Origin: Methanomicrobiales archaeon
GTDB lineage: Archaea > Halobacteriota > Methanomicrobia > Methanomicrobiales > Methanospirillaceae
Length of the DNA stretch: 40,391 nt
Reading direction: 5' to 3'
Assembly (NCBI GenBank): GCA_037137755.1
Contig: JBAXJR010000021.1
Coordinates: 1-40,391, forward strand
Positions within the stretch are counted from its first letter, which is position 1; each line of letters starts with the position of its first letter. The notes below the pieces were generated by a model. The model saw only the letters and a list, made by a program, of their open reading frames with translations, did not search any database and was not told the DNA's origin. Shown here in pieces: positions 9,065 to 19,890 of the stretch. Position numbers and translations under genes: made by a program.

Positions 9065-10162
9065 TTATTTTGGAATCGGCTCCCACCGCGACGCTAACGC
9101 TTTCTCTACTGCAGGAAGGGTAGTGTATTCCATCTCATCCTGAGAGAGCCGGTGGGGTTCGAAGGGTCCATGCGCACGGATCATATCGGCCAGGTCATTG
9201 CACCGGCTCCGGACGCGGTCAAAGGCCGGGTCATCAAACATGTCTGCCGGGCCGATCAGTTCGCCGTTGCAGAGCTGGAACCCAAGGCATATGACTCTTG
9301 GCGGGCCATCGAACCTGGTACAGTTCGCATCACAGAGGCCGACCGGCATAAAAGGCCCAAGGTGCGACCCCCGCATCCATCCGGCCACCAGTACGGGTGT
9401 ACAGAATGGTTCAATAACCTCCCCGACAGCAGGGAACCCGCTCTGGGCACGGACGATCATGACCGGGTCATCCTTCCCGATGTACCTGCCGGCCATCATA
9501 TTCAGGCGCTGGGTACTGGTTGATGCCGCGATCTCACCCCCTCTCGTGAATACATGCTTGATCACGTACCTGGATGGTGCGCCGATGTAGACGAGGAGGC
9601 TGTAGATCTCATCAGGGCACGAAAACATGATCCTTCGTTTTTCAACGAGGTCGTGTACTTCAAAAACAAATCCCTTGTGCATGGAGGGATCAATGACAAG
9701 CCCGGCCGTGTTGAACGGATCGGCAAAGATCTTGTAGAGGAAGAAATTCCATGCGCCGGGTTCTGTTTTGTCTGCCATAAAGACCAGCACGGGATCACTG
9801 GGCCGCTCCTCGAACTCCATCTCGGCAACACTGGGCCCCAGCCCCTTAACAGTACCTGAAAAGGCATCTGCGAGCATGTCCTGCCCCGCACCATAGAGTT
9901 TCATGCTTTTTGCAATCGCCGTGCACTCCTTGAATACGTCCCATGCAAGTTTGTGGACATTCTCGTTATCCACACCACGGTTATGGGTCATAATCAGTTC
10001 AATGTCATCACCGCAGTGCGTGACAAACGAGTCGATCAACAGGGTGCCCTCCTGGTCCCTGAGCATTCTTGCCGCTTTCTCCAGGAGCTTCGGGTGGGTC
10101 CGGGAGTGCCCGGGAAAACTTCCCACATCCGCCTTTATAACGGAAATCGTGGTTTTGGGCAT
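9065..10162 (-). CDS. fbp: Bifunctional fructose-1,6-bisphosphate aldolase/phosphatase (class V FBPase)
   Basis: SVIKADVG, GDD, LYGAGQD, DKTEPGAWN, RYIGKDDP (Schiff-base Lys and Tyr), RFDGPPRV, EMEYTT. Confidence 0.96.
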   Translation of the reverse strand: MPKTTISVIKADVGSFPGHSRTHPKLLEKAARMLRDQEGTLLIDSFVTHCGDDIELIMTHNRGVDNENVHKLAWDVFKECTAIAKSMKLYGAGQDMLADAFSGTVKGLGPSVAEMEFEERPSDPVLVFMADKTEPGAWNFFLYKIFADPFNTAGLVIDPSMHKGFVFEVHDLVEKRRIMFSCPDEIYSLLVYIGAPSRYVIKHVFTRGGEIAASTSTQRLNMMAGRYIGKDDPVMIVRAQSGFPAVGEVIEPFCTPVLVAGWMRGSHLGPFMPVGLCDANCTRFDGPPRVICLGFQLCNGELIGPADMFDDPAFDRVRSRCNDLADMIRAHGPFEPHRLSQDEMEYTTLPAVEKALASRWEPIPK

Positions 10163-10216
10163 AAAATAATCACACTATAGAATCGCCCTGCAGGAGAAAA
10201 AAATTGTGGTGAATGG

Positions 10217-11356
10217 TTATGCAATTATCTTTCGTACGAGGGAAGCAGTCCCGTACGAACTGAACGCCTTGAAAAAAACAAGGCTTTCAGCATATGCCAT
10301 GGCCTGGATGGCCTTATCTGTATCTTCCTCAACACCGTAAAGTTCTCTGAAAAATTCTTTTATTGCAAACTTGCAGTTGCCATCAATTATCTGCCTGTCC
10401 TTTTTCCCGGGGTTTGCAGCCCGGTATTTCTCCAGGGTCCATTCCTGGATATCCTTGTAGAGTGCCGGTTCATAGACCTTGAGGGTGTTGAAAACAACAT
10501 CCTGCCAGAAGGTACCGACATTTCCCTTAATGATATCTCCTTTCGGGAAATGCTGGTTAATGAGTTCCCGGGGTGTACCGGTAATTCCGTGCTGGGCGAT
10601 GCCGATATTCAGGTTATTATCCCGCAGCGCTTTCGCGACCGCTTTTGTCTGGGGAATGTCGATCGAAAGCTGTTCGACCACGTTCCCTTTATCGTCGTAT
10701 ACATGCCCGTGCGTGCTCCCGTTGGCAATCGCAAGCACGTGAGGGTATACCTCGTTCGAATGTAAGGCCCTGATAAACTCAACAGCTTCATCGGGCGTGG
10801 TCAGGACCATCCCCTGCCCGTCTTTCCGGCCGATCTCACCCACTTCTACTTCGAGGCCGAACTCTTTACCTTTCATCCTGCCCTTAATATAGTGCGCCAG
10901 CTCAGTTGTGACCTGGATATTCTGTTCCAGTTCCTCCCTGACGTTCTTTCCTTCAAAATTAAAGAGGTGCGAGGCATCAATGGCAAATGAGGTGTACCCG
11001 GCGGCAACCTGGGCATCGATCAACTGCCTGGTCTGTTCGATCTCCGTGGGATCTCCCTTCTTTATCGTGATATGATCCGCATGCAGGGCCCAGACGTCAA
11101 ACTGCACCTCCTTCGCGGCCTTGTTGATCCTTTCTGAGAACTGCTCTGGTGTCAATCCCGTATACCCACCTTTCAGGTCACATTCAGAACGTGCCAGTTC
11201 GATAAATACTGCAGAATCCGTATCTTTCGCGGCCTGGAAAATCCCCTTTGCGACAGTGGTAATTCGGGTATTCGCTGCCATAATGATTGCTTTCCGGCCT
11301 GAAATGCCGCTGAAAATTGTTGAACCAGAGATTGGACCGAAATCTTTCTGTTTCAT
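10217..11356 (-). CDS. fba: Class II fructose-bisphosphate aldolase
   Basis: LHADH, IDASH, EVEVGEIG, AIANGSTHG, AQHGITG, KGNVGT metal-aldolase motifs; start set at ATG 11356 after SD GGAGTGA. Confidence 0.9.
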   Translation of the reverse strand: MKQKDFGPISGSTIFSGISGRKAIIMAANTRITTVAKGIFQAAKDTDSAVFIELARSECDLKGGYTGLTPEQFSERINKAAKEVQFDVWALHADHITIKKGDPTEIEQTRQLIDAQVAAGYTSFAIDASHLFNFEGKNVREELEQNIQVTTELAHYIKGRMKGKEFGLEVEVGEIGRKDGQGMVLTTPDEAVEFIRALHSNEVYPHVLAIANGSTHGHVYDDKGNVVEQLSIDIPQTKAVAKALRDNNLNIGIAQHGITGTPRELINQHFPKGDIIKGNVGTFWQDVVFNTLKVYEPALYKDIQEWTLEKYRAANPGKKDRQIIDGNCKFAIKEFFRELYGVEEDTDKAIQAMAYAESLVFFKAFSSYGTASLVRKIIA

Positions 11357-11374
11357 AAGACTGCTCACTCCTGA

Positions 11375-12286
11375 TTACTCAACCCTTTCATTCATAAACT
11401 TTTCAATCATCGCGATCTCTTTTTTGCCACCTACGTAGATGGGTGTGAGTTCATCGATTGACTGTGGCAGGATGTCCAGGATATTGGACTTCCCGTTGCT
11501 AATTGCCCCGCCAGCTTCCTGGATAATCTTTCCCAGGGGATTTGCCTCGTACAATAATCTCAGTTTTCCGTTTTCCCTGCCTTTGAACCCGGGATATGTA
11601 AATACCCCGCCCTTTCGAAGGATCTGGTGAAAATCTGCGACAAAACAGCCACTAAACCGGAGTTTATAACCTGCCTGCTCGAGACTCTCAATAAAGCGTG
11701 CATGTGCCGGGAGATAGTCCCTCCTCAACGCACCGGGAGAATATATTTTTCCTTCCGGGATCCTGATGTCCTGGCGCGTAAGTACAAATTCACCGGATTC
11801 ATCAAGCACAAATTCATGCACTCCCTTTCCCACGGTAAGTGTAAGGACCGTGAGAGGCCCGTAGAGGATATACAGGGCGGCTACCATTTTTATGCCTTTT
11901 TCGAGGACCTTGCCGGGGTAGATTCCTATAATTGATCCGGTACAAAGGTTCACATCAATAAGAGATGACCCATCAAGCGGGTCAATAACCACCCCGAAAT
12001 CGTTCTTCGGATCTTTGATTTCGATGATGGTATCCTGTTCTTCCGTGGCGATATACCGGGCAAGCCGTGTTCTCTTCAACCCTGATATGAAGACCTCATC
12101 AGCGTATTTATCAAGGGGCATCTGCTCTTCGCCGTACATATTCCGGGTCTTTTCCTCTGCCGGTGTTTTCCTGGCCGAAAAGAAAAATCCCTTCTTCACC
12201 ACCTGGGCTTCTTTACTGAAAAAGAGGATTAATTCAGCTAGGTTTTTTTCGGTCCCTGCGCCGTCAAGGAATTCTTTGAGTATCAT
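11375..12286 (-). CDS. fbp: Class I fructose-1,6-bisphosphatase
   Basis: [45 protein letters not shown]. Confidence 0.95.
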   Translation of the reverse strand: MILKEFLDGAGTEKNLAELILFFSKEAQVVKKGFFFSARKTPAEEKTRNMYGEEQMPLDKYADEVFISGLKRTRLARYIATEEQDTIIEIKDPKNDFGVVIDPLDGSSLIDVNLCTGSIIGIYPGKVLEKGIKMVAALYILYGPLTVLTLTVGKGVHEFVLDESGEFVLTRQDIRIPEGKIYSPGALRRDYLPAHARFIESLEQAGYKLRFSGCFVADFHQILRKGGVFTYPGFKGRENGKLRLLYEANPLGKIIQEAGGAISNGKSNILDILPQSIDELTPIYVGGKKEIAMIEKFMNERVE

Positions 12287-12530
12287 TTATTACCGCCTTC
12301 CTCTCCCATAGAGCTCGTCAAATCACGGGATATCCAACCTGACTCCCTGATCACGTGTAGACTTTTGATCCCGGGGTTTATCAGGATTATTATCCTGCCC
12401 TGTGAAGGGTACGAGGGGTGGTATGGGACTCTGATCTGGTGACTGTAATTTTAGTTGGTGACGTTGAAAATGGATAGTACAGCGTGCAGAATTTGACGAA
12501 CAAAAAAGACTACCCGGGATGAAATTTTTT

Positions 12531-12553
12531 TAACACCGGGTGATCCGGTGTTA
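12531..12553. repeat. Perfect 9-bp inverted repeat upstream of the fbp-fba-fbp cluster
   Basis: TAACACCGG-GTGAT-CCGGTGTTA. Confidence 0.6.
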
Positions 12554-12655
12554 CAAGCTGTTGCGAATTTGGAAAACCGGTTGACCTGGATACGATCGTG
12601 CTAAGTTCCGGTTAAACAACTAACATGAAGGGAAAACCTGATGATAAAAAAGGGT

Positions 12656-13102
12656 TTATTCATCCTCGATCGAAGGCGCAGGCTCCCCGGTCTGCTCCCG
12701 GTAGGTGACTTCGAGTACACCATGACGGAACGATACCGACACCGAGTCCTTCTCTGCGGGAGGCACATCCGCAGTTGTATGGTATTTCAGGTCCCCGTCC
12801 CCGGCCTTGATGTGGACGGTCGAACCGGAAAACATCACCTTGACATCCTCGGGTGAAACCCCGGGCATTTCAGTTACCAGTATAACCTCGTTTCCGATCC
12901 GCTGTACCTCTACTTCAGGCTCAATCGTGCCATTCCTGGCTGGGAACGGGATCTGTTGCGCCGCCGGGAATACTGGCATGTTGACGTAGATCCGGAAGTT
13001 AAAAATGACAGGTGCCGGGTGATCGCTCATACCCGCCTGTTCAAGCATCTTCCGGATGATCTCGCCTATGTTTCTGAAATTTTCATCAGGTGCACTGGTC
13101 AT
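12656..13102 (-). CDS. Small heat-shock protein (Hsp20/alpha-crystallin domain)
   Basis: EMPGVSPEDVKV..FRHGVLEVTY; directly downstream of cdc48. Confidence 0.85.
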   Translation of the reverse strand: MTSAPDENFRNIGEIIRKMLEQAGMSDHPAPVIFNFRIYVNMPVFPAAQQIPFPARNGTIEPEVEVQRIGNEVILVTEMPGVSPEDVKVMFSGSTVHIKAGDGDLKYHTTADVPPAEKDSVSVSFRHGVLEVTYREQTGEPAPSIEDE

Positions 13103-13119
13103 AATGGTATTCCCAATCG

Positions 13120-15504
13120 TTATGTGGTCTGTTTCAGATGCTCGTCCAGCTGGCCGGTGAGCTTTTTTATCTTGCTGAAGTCTTTGTTCGTCCTGAAGGT
13201 CTCTTTCCGGAGGGTACCTGTATTGCGATCCACTGACTTCCGGAGTTCTGCCCGCTTCAGGGTAGCAAGAGCATTTTCCAAGACTGCCCGTTGATCATGG
13301 TTGTAGAGCATCTCCCATGCCTGCCGTTCGGCTGCCTCAAGCGCGTCCTGGTCAAGAGATCCCCTGACTCTTTTTTTGGCTTCTTCGAAGTGAGCCCGTG
13401 TAACCCGGATATTCACTACGGCATCCTGCCGTTCCTTCTCATTCGTATCTGCCATTACGGTGATAAAGTCACGCATTGCACCAAGTTTTGCCTGGCGGAC
13501 CAGGGCCTCGATATCAGCACCTACGTACCCATCGGTCTGCTTAACAAGGTCATCGATACTGATGTCTTTGGTAAGGAGCGCCCCTGAATCCCGCAGGTAT
13601 ACCAGAAAGATCTTCTTCCGTCCCTCTTCATCAGGTGGTGGCACATAGATATGGCGCTCCAGCCTCCCTGGGCGCAGGAGTGCAGGGTCGATCATGTCAG
13701 GCCTGTTGGTTGCTGCGATGACCGTGACGTTTTTCAGTTCCTCAAGACCGTCGAGTTCCGTGAGGATCTGGGAGACCACGCTCTCTGTGACATGGGAAGA
13801 TCCCGCATAGGAACCCCGTCTAGGCACGAGTGCGTCAACCTCATCGAAGAAGATGATCGAGGGAGATGCCTGCCGGGCCTTCCTGAAAATCTCCCGGACT
13901 CCCTTTTCCGACTCCCCAACCCATTTGGAGAGCAGCTCAGGCCCTTTCACCGAGATGAAATTGCATTCTGATTCGTGTGCAACCGCCTTTGCGAGAAGGG
14001 TTTTACCTGTACCGGGCGGCCCGAAGAGGAGGATACCTTTCGGTGGCCTGGTCTGGAGCTGCTCGAATACGAAGGGATACCTGAGTGGCCACTCAACAGC
14101 CTCCTGCAGGTCTTTCTTCACATCATCGAGGCCACCGACCTCATCCCAGGTAATGTCCGGGATTTCTACCAGGACCTCGCGCATTGCACTTGGCTCGACC
14201 TGTTTCCGTGCTTCGTCAAAGTCTGCCCCGGTGACCCTGAGGTCATCGAGGATCTCTGCCGGGATCTCCTCCTCCGGTTTAATCAGGGGAATGATCCTCC
14301 GGAGTGCCCTCATTGCTGCCTCCTTCACGAGGAGTGCGATGTCAGCGCCGACAAACCCGTGGGTGGTATCGGCGTATGCCTGAAGGTCCACATCCTCTGC
14401 CAGGGGGACCCCCCTGCTGTGGACCTGGAAGATCTCAAACCTCCCTTTCTTGTCGGGTATACCGATCTCAATCTCGCGGTCGAACCGGCCACCCCTGCGG
14501 AGTGCCGGGTCAATCGAGTCCGGGAGGTTGGTGGCAGCGATGACTATGACCTGTCCCCTGCCCTTCAGGCCGTCCATCAGGGACAGGAGCTGTGCCACAA
14601 CCCGGCGTTCCACCTCTCCTTTTGTCTCTTCCCTCTTTGGCGCGATCGAGTCGATCTCATCGATGAATATGATAGTCGGGGCATTCTCCTGTGCCTCTTC
14701 GAAGACTTCACGGAGTTTCCCCTCGCTCTCCCCGTAGTACTTGCTCATAATCTCCGGGCCGGAAAGGGTAATGAAGTGAGCTTCTACTTCATTTGCCACC
14801 GCTTTTGCGATCAGCGTCTTTCCTGTTCCCGGGGGTCCGTAGAGGAGCACCCCCTTCGGTGGCTCTATCCCAAGCCGTTCGAAGATCTCCGGGTGCCTGA
14901 GTGGCAGTTCGATCATCTCACGAACGAGCTGGAGCTCGCGCCCGAGCCCGCCGATATCCTCGTAGTGGACGTCAGAGACCTCCTGCTTTCCTTCCTCAGG
15001 CTTGTAGGCTGTCTCTTTCAGCTCGATCTCCGTCTCATCGGTCACAATACCGATGCCTTTGGGTACAACTTTTGAGATGACAAAAGTGATCGGGTTTCCG
15101 ATTACGTCCACCCGCACGCTCTGTCCCTCCATCACCGATCTTCCGGAGAGGACCCGGTGGAGGTATTGTTCCCCTCCAATCAGGCGGATCGGCTGGGTGG
15201 GTGCAATAATTATCTTTTTTGCGTAACCGAGTTCGATCTTCCTGATGGTAACCGTATCGTCGACACCAGCTCCGGCATTGCTCCTGACAGTTCCGTCAAT
15301 ACGGATCACTCTGTTACCGGTGTCCTGCTGGAAACCAGGCCAGACGATTGCAGTGGCTTTTTTCTTACCCTGTATTTCTATTACATCACCGCTGACCAGC
15401 CCGAGTGTCCTCATTATATCGATGCTTACCCTTGCTATTCCACGTCCGGCGTCGTCGCGGGCGGCTTCCCGTACCCCGACTTCTGCGTAATCTTTATTCG
15501 GCAT
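13120..15504 (-). CDS. cdc48: CDC48/VCP-family AAA+ ATPase
   Basis: N domain (DAGRGIAR) and two AAA modules (GPPGTGKT twice, [16 protein letters not shown], second regions of homology). Confidence 0.97.
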   Translation of the reverse strand: MPNKDYAEVGVREAARDDAGRGIARVSIDIMRTLGLVSGDVIEIQGKKKATAIVWPGFQQDTGNRVIRIDGTVRSNAGAGVDDTVTIRKIELGYAKKIIIAPTQPIRLIGGEQYLHRVLSGRSVMEGQSVRVDVIGNPITFVISKVVPKGIGIVTDETEIELKETAYKPEEGKQEVSDVHYEDIGGLGRELQLVREMIELPLRHPEIFERLGIEPPKGVLLYGPPGTGKTLIAKAVANEVEAHFITLSGPEIMSKYYGESEGKLREVFEEAQENAPTIIFIDEIDSIAPKREETKGEVERRVVAQLLSLMDGLKGRGQVIVIAATNLPDSIDPALRRGGRFDREIEIGIPDKKGRFEIFQVHSRGVPLAEDVDLQAYADTTHGFVGADIALLVKEAAMRALRRIIPLIKPEEEIPAEILDDLRVTGADFDEARKQVEPSAMREVLVEIPDITWDEVGGLDDVKKDLQEAVEWPLRYPFVFEQLQTRPPKGILLFGPPGTGKTLLAKAVAHESECNFISVKGPELLSKWVGESEKGVREIFRKARQASPSIIFFDEVDALVPRRGSYAGSSHVTESVVSQILTELDGLEELKNVTVIAATNRPDMIDPALLRPGRLERHIYVPPPDEEGRKKIFLVYLRDSGALLTKDISIDDLVKQTDGYVGADIEALVRQAKLGAMRDFITVMADTNEKERQDAVVNIRVTRAHFEEAKKRVRGSLDQDALEAAERQAWEMLYNHDQRAVLENALATLKRAELRKSVDRNTGTLRKETFRTNKDFSKIKKLTGQLDEHLKQTT

Positions 15505-15655
15505 CAGAACTAACTCCTGGTAAATGCTAACTAAAAGTAAGTCTCATTTTATTATAAATATTGAGGTAGTGCCACTCCCCGGAGATTCGTTCATACCAGG
15601 CTGTATAAGCAGGTTTACCGGCTTTTAATGGATTTACGGGGGGAGATAAAAAATT

Positions 15656-16231
15656 TCAATGGCAGGTGATTGTTTCCCGTTCTGTGACGATCATGTCCAT
15701 GGCCACATCGTTGTCGTCAGCAGGGACCGATCGGATCTCCTGGCATGAAAATGCAGCACCGATCTTTTTTGCCCGTGGATACAACGAAAGGAACCGGTCG
15801 TAGTACCCTGCGCCGTAACCAAGGCGGTGTCCGGCCCGGTCAAAGGCAAGCAGTGGGACAATGACGACCTCCAGGTCCTCACCGCATACCGGAATTTCTT
15901 TCCCGATTGGTTCTGGGACCGAAAACGTACTGATGACCAGGTTGTCGGGGTCTTCCAGGCAGGAGAGGCGGAGCGTCCGTGTTTCCCGTTCGATAATCGG
16001 CACGACCACCCGGACGCCCTGTTGTAAGAGATGCCTGATAAGCGGCATTGTATCAACCTCCGGTGGTTTTGGTACATAGACCATCACCGTCCTCTCACCA
16101 TTGAGTCCCCTGGAAAGAACCTCACAGATTGACCTGCTGAATGTCCTGGACTCATAAGGAGTTAGCCGAGACCGCACTACCCGTGCCCTGTCCCTGAGCT
16201 CCTCCTTGGTTGATCTCTCTTCGCGAGGCAT
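15656..16231 (-). CDS. 5-formyltetrahydrofolate cyclo-ligase
   Basis: KEELR, EVDT, VPLLAFD..GHRLGYGAGYYDRFL; start taken as ATG 16231. Confidence 0.92.
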   Translation of the reverse strand: MPREERSTKEELRDRARVVRSRLTPYESRTFSRSICEVLSRGLNGERTVMVYVPKPPEVDTMPLIRHLLQQGVRVVVPIIERETRTLRLSCLEDPDNLVISTFSVPEPIGKEIPVCGEDLEVVIVPLLAFDRAGHRLGYGAGYYDRFLSLYPRAKKIGAAFSCQEIRSVPADDNDVAMDMIVTERETITCH

Positions 16232-16612
16232 ACGTGTTATAAGAAATTGTGGGAACAGATGCTTAAAAGATGTCATGGTGACGGGACGCCTTCCCGGGTG
16301 GCGAAGCCGGGGATTTGAGGGCAGGTCCCGTGGTTATAACTCCATTTCAGATGACGCAGCCCTGGTTTATATGGTTATTTATCGAAGTTCTTACCCGGGA
16401 CAAAAAAATATCCCGTTCGACTATTATTCAGCTACCATGCACAGGTCCTCATAACCCTCTTCATTACATGTCCGGAATTTGTTTTTACAATGTCTGCCTT
16501 GGATTTGTCGAGCATTCGCGGGTTTATTGCCCAACCGAGGACTCCATAATTATTTCAAGGTGAATACAGGATGTTTTTTTGCCTGAAAAACTCAAAAGGA
16601 CATTAATTGCAT

Positions 16613-17680
16613 ATGCACACTCCGGGTTTAAAGGACACAATTGCGGCGACCCCTTATATTTTTACCATTGGCGTTGCAGGGGACAGCGGTTCTGGAAAAA
16701 CAACATTTACACATGGTATACGGAGTATTTTTGGTGACGATCTCGTCTCTACTATAACACTCGACGATTACCACCGTCATGACCGGGAGGAACGAAAGAA
16801 TAAGGGAATTACGGCCCTCAACCCTGCTGCAAACCTTATAGACCAGCTTGAATCGGACCTTGGCAAGCTGAAACAGGGAATGCCGATTGATAAACCGGTA
16901 TACAACCATGATACAGGAAAATTTGACACGCCGGTCACGTTCATCCCGAAAAAAATCCTCCTCCTTGAAGGCCTGCATACGTTTTTCACCCCGGCACTCC
17001 GTAATAATCTTGACTTTATGCTGTTTGTAGACCCTGCAGCCGAGGTCAAGTATGACTGGAAATTAAAGCGGGACATTAATAAACGCGGATATTCTGCAGC
17101 CGAGGTGAAGCGGCATATTGAGGTGCGCAAACCGGATTATGAACGCTATATTGCACCCCAGAAAGAATATGCAGATGCAATAATCGGGATTGATTATTCG
17201 GAGTACGGCCATCACCTCGGGGATGAACGAAATGTCTACCGGGTGACCCTTTCGCAGAACCGGATGAAACACAGTATTAAGGATATCGACCTTTCGCTCG
17301 ACCTATATTCGATCCTCTCGCTGTCCGAACGGAATTTCTCACTTAAATTTGCGACAGGTGTTCAGTTTGGGCAGCGGATGGGGGAACTGATTATTGACGG
17401 GGAACTCTCTGAACATGTCGTACAAAAACTTGAACGAAGTATTGAACACCAGACGAACGTGCGTCCGATATCCATGTTCAAGGACCGTGAATATGTGACC
17501 GCGGTAGATTTGATCCAGCTGATCATCAGCTGGCGGATTATCCATCGCAGGATTTTTCTGGAGGTCCGCAGGGAATGTCACCAGGCAGATACCGGGGCAG
17601 GGGAAAACGCCATGACCTGTGAGTGGAAACGGCTTTCTGCTACCGATGAAAAGTCCATGGACAAGCGTCATAAGACCTGA
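16613..17680 (+). CDS. prk: Phosphoribulokinase (archaeal type)
   Basis: IGVAGDSGSGKTT, LDDYH, KPVYNH, LEGLH, WKLKRD..RGYS, YIAPQK motifs. Confidence 0.9.
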   Translation: MHTPGLKDTIAATPYIFTIGVAGDSGSGKTTFTHGIRSIFGDDLVSTITLDDYHRHDREERKNKGITALNPAANLIDQLESDLGKLKQGMPIDKPVYNHDTGKFDTPVTFIPKKILLLEGLHTFFTPALRNNLDFMLFVDPAAEVKYDWKLKRDINKRGYSAAEVKRHIEVRKPDYERYIAPQKEYADAIIGIDYSEYGHHLGDERNVYRVTLSQNRMKHSIKDIDLSLDLYSILSLSERNFSLKFATGVQFGQRMGELIIDGELSEHVVQKLERSIEHQTNVRPISMFKDREYVTAVDLIQLIISWRIIHRRIFLEVRRECHQADTGAGENAMTCEWKRLSATDEKSMDKRHKT

Positions 17681-17750
17681 CATGGTGGGCCCTGGTTATT
17701 GATAAACCTCATAACCCGGAGCCGAGTATACCTACCATGGAATTGTTGAA

Positions 17751-19820
17751 ATGACTCGCAGGTTACTTTCAGAAGCGGAAGGATACGGGCTGCTGAAAAA
17801 CTATGGGATACCAGTTCCCCAATTTTCGGTTGTCAGCTCCCGCCAGGATGTGGGTGTAGCCGCAGAACGAACTGGGTATCCGCTGGTCATGAAGGTCATC
17901 TCTGCCCAGGTGGTCCATAAGAGTGATGCCGGGGGTGTCATTACCGGTATCCGGTCGGTTTCCGAAGCTGAAACAGCTTTTGATGCGATAGTCCGCAATG
18001 TGCAGGCATTCGATCCATCCGCGACCATTACGGGTTTTATTATTGAACCGCAGCAGGAAAAGGGACTTGAGATCCTTATCGGGGGCAGAATTGACCCGGC
18101 ATTTGGAAAAATAGTAACGGTCGGCATGGGGGGGACCCTGGTCGAATTGATCAAAGATGTCTCGATCCGGGTGCTCCCGGTAAGCTCCTCCGATATCAAC
18201 GCAATGATACAGGAATTGGGCGCATATGGCCTCATCAAGGGGTTCCGGAATGAACCCGCCCGTGATGTTGCGGCACTGATTGCATTGATTGAGTCTGTTG
18301 CACGATTGTTCTTGGATAGTCCGGAAGTTGTCGAGTTTGATCTGAACCCTGTTTTATTATATGAAAAGGGAGCTTGTGTTGTAGACGCCCGGTTTTATGT
18401 GACTGATGAGGTGGAAACACCTGTGGGTAACCTGGAACCCGCTATGCCTGCAGGGATCCTTAATGTGAAGTCAATTGCGGTTGTTGGTGCCACCCCGGAC
18501 CCCAATAAGGTCGGGTATTCAGTCTTGCGTAACCTCCTTTCATTTCCTGGTTCCCTGTATCCCGTGAATCCGAAACACCCGAAGATTCTCGGGCGGGCCG
18601 TGTATCCCACCCTTTCGTCAATCCCGGATCCCGTCGAAATGGCGGTGGTTGTAGTCCCGTCACATTCTGTCCTGCCGGTTGTTGAAGAAGCCGGAAAGAA
18701 GGGTGTCCCCCTTATAATCATTATATCATCCGGCTTCCGGGAAACAGGGGGAGCAGGCTCGGTCCTTGAAGACCAGGTACTTGCAATTGCCAGGAGTTAT
18801 GGCATACGAATCCTGGGCCCGAACTGCCTTGGGATTATGCTCCCCCACCAGGAGATCAATACAACGTTTGACCCGATATCTCCAAAACCAGGTAACATTG
18901 CGTTTGTTTCGCAGAGCGGGGCCATTATCTCTACCATCGTGGACTGGAGCCTTCCGGAAGAGATCGGTTTTTCTGCGGTGATCAGCATCGGAAACCAGGC
19001 TGATCTCACATTTGAAGATTTCCTGCAGTATGCAGCAGAAGATCCCAATACCCGGGCAATTATCCTGTACATTGAGCAAATCCGTGATGGAAAACGTTTT
19101 ATGAAAATTGCAAGGGAGGTCACGCGGAAAAAACCTGTTGTTGCTATCAAGTCCGGGTCATCAAGGATTGGACAGATAGCGGCCGCATCGCATACCGGTT
19201 CATTATCAGGCAGTTTTGATGTCTACATGGCTGCATTCTGGCAATCCGGGATTATTCCCGTGCGATCCATCCGGGAAGCGTTCCAGACTGCTGAACTCCT
19301 CGCGTCCGAAGGATACCCGAAAGGTACCCGTGCTATCGTTATCAGCAATGCCGGGGGTTTTGCGGTGTTATCCTCTGATTACGCGGAGATTTTTGGGATA
19401 GAAATCGTGGACTTTTCTCCTGCCATTATTAAGGAACTTGATGTCATCCTGCCGGAAAACTGGAACCGCCGCAACCCTATCGATATGGTAGGGGATGCAT
19501 CGGCTGACAGGTTCGCCCGGACATTTGACGTGATGATCAAAAACCAGGATGCCTGGGACATTGCATTTGTAGTAAATGTTCCCTCCGCAATATCGGACCC
19601 GATTCGAGTCGCAAACGAACTGGTCAGGTTCTCGAAGAATACCCACAAGATGATCGTAGGGTGCATGATCGGTGGAGATTCCATGAAGACTCCGCTTCGG
19701 ATCCTGAAGGATTCAGGGATACCAAATTTCCCTGACCTGGAAGATGCCTTCAAAGCAGTGGGCAATATATGTCGCCATATATGCTGGGAAGAATTCCATG
19801 GAAAAAGGTGCAAACCGTAA
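17751..19820 (+). CDS. ADP-forming acetate/acyl-CoA ligase, beta(ATP-grasp)-alpha fusion
   Basis: N-terminal ATP-grasp (VHKSDAGGV, FDLNP), CoA-binding domain (AVVGAT, YPVNP), GPNCLG, SQSGA, phospho-His ASHTG. Confidence 0.93.
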   Translation: MTRRLLSEAEGYGLLKNYGIPVPQFSVVSSRQDVGVAAERTGYPLVMKVISAQVVHKSDAGGVITGIRSVSEAETAFDAIVRNVQAFDPSATITGFIIEPQQEKGLEILIGGRIDPAFGKIVTVGMGGTLVELIKDVSIRVLPVSSSDINAMIQELGAYGLIKGFRNEPARDVAALIALIESVARLFLDSPEVVEFDLNPVLLYEKGACVVDARFYVTDEVETPVGNLEPAMPAGILNVKSIAVVGATPDPNKVGYSVLRNLLSFPGSLYPVNPKHPKILGRAVYPTLSSIPDPVEMAVVVVPSHSVLPVVEEAGKKGVPLIIIISSGFRETGGAGSVLEDQVLAIARSYGIRILGPNCLGIMLPHQEINTTFDPISPKPGNIAFVSQSGAIISTIVDWSLPEEIGFSAVISIGNQADLTFEDFLQYAAEDPNTRAIILYIEQIRDGKRFMKIAREVTRKKPVVAIKSGSSRIGQIAAASHTGSLSGSFDVYMAAFWQSGIIPVRSIREAFQTAELLASEGYPKGTRAIVISNAGGFAVLSSDYAEIFGIEIVDFSPAIIKELDVILPENWNRRNPIDMVGDASADRFARTFDVMIKNQDAWDIAFVVNVPSAISDPIRVANELVRFSKNTHKMIVGCMIGGDSMKTPLRILKDSGIPNFPDLEDAFKAVGNICRHICWEEFHGKRCKP

Positions 19821-19890
19821 AATTGGGGGGTAACCGGTTAATCTTAATCAATAAGATTGATTTTAGAGGAATGTATACAAATCAAAAAAA

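Noticed and set aside
13291-15513. Long antisense ORFs over cdc48 (e.g. 13975-15075), likewise 39409-40359 and 25008-25595
   Set aside because: Shadow ORFs of conserved GC-rich genes with no recognisable motifs.
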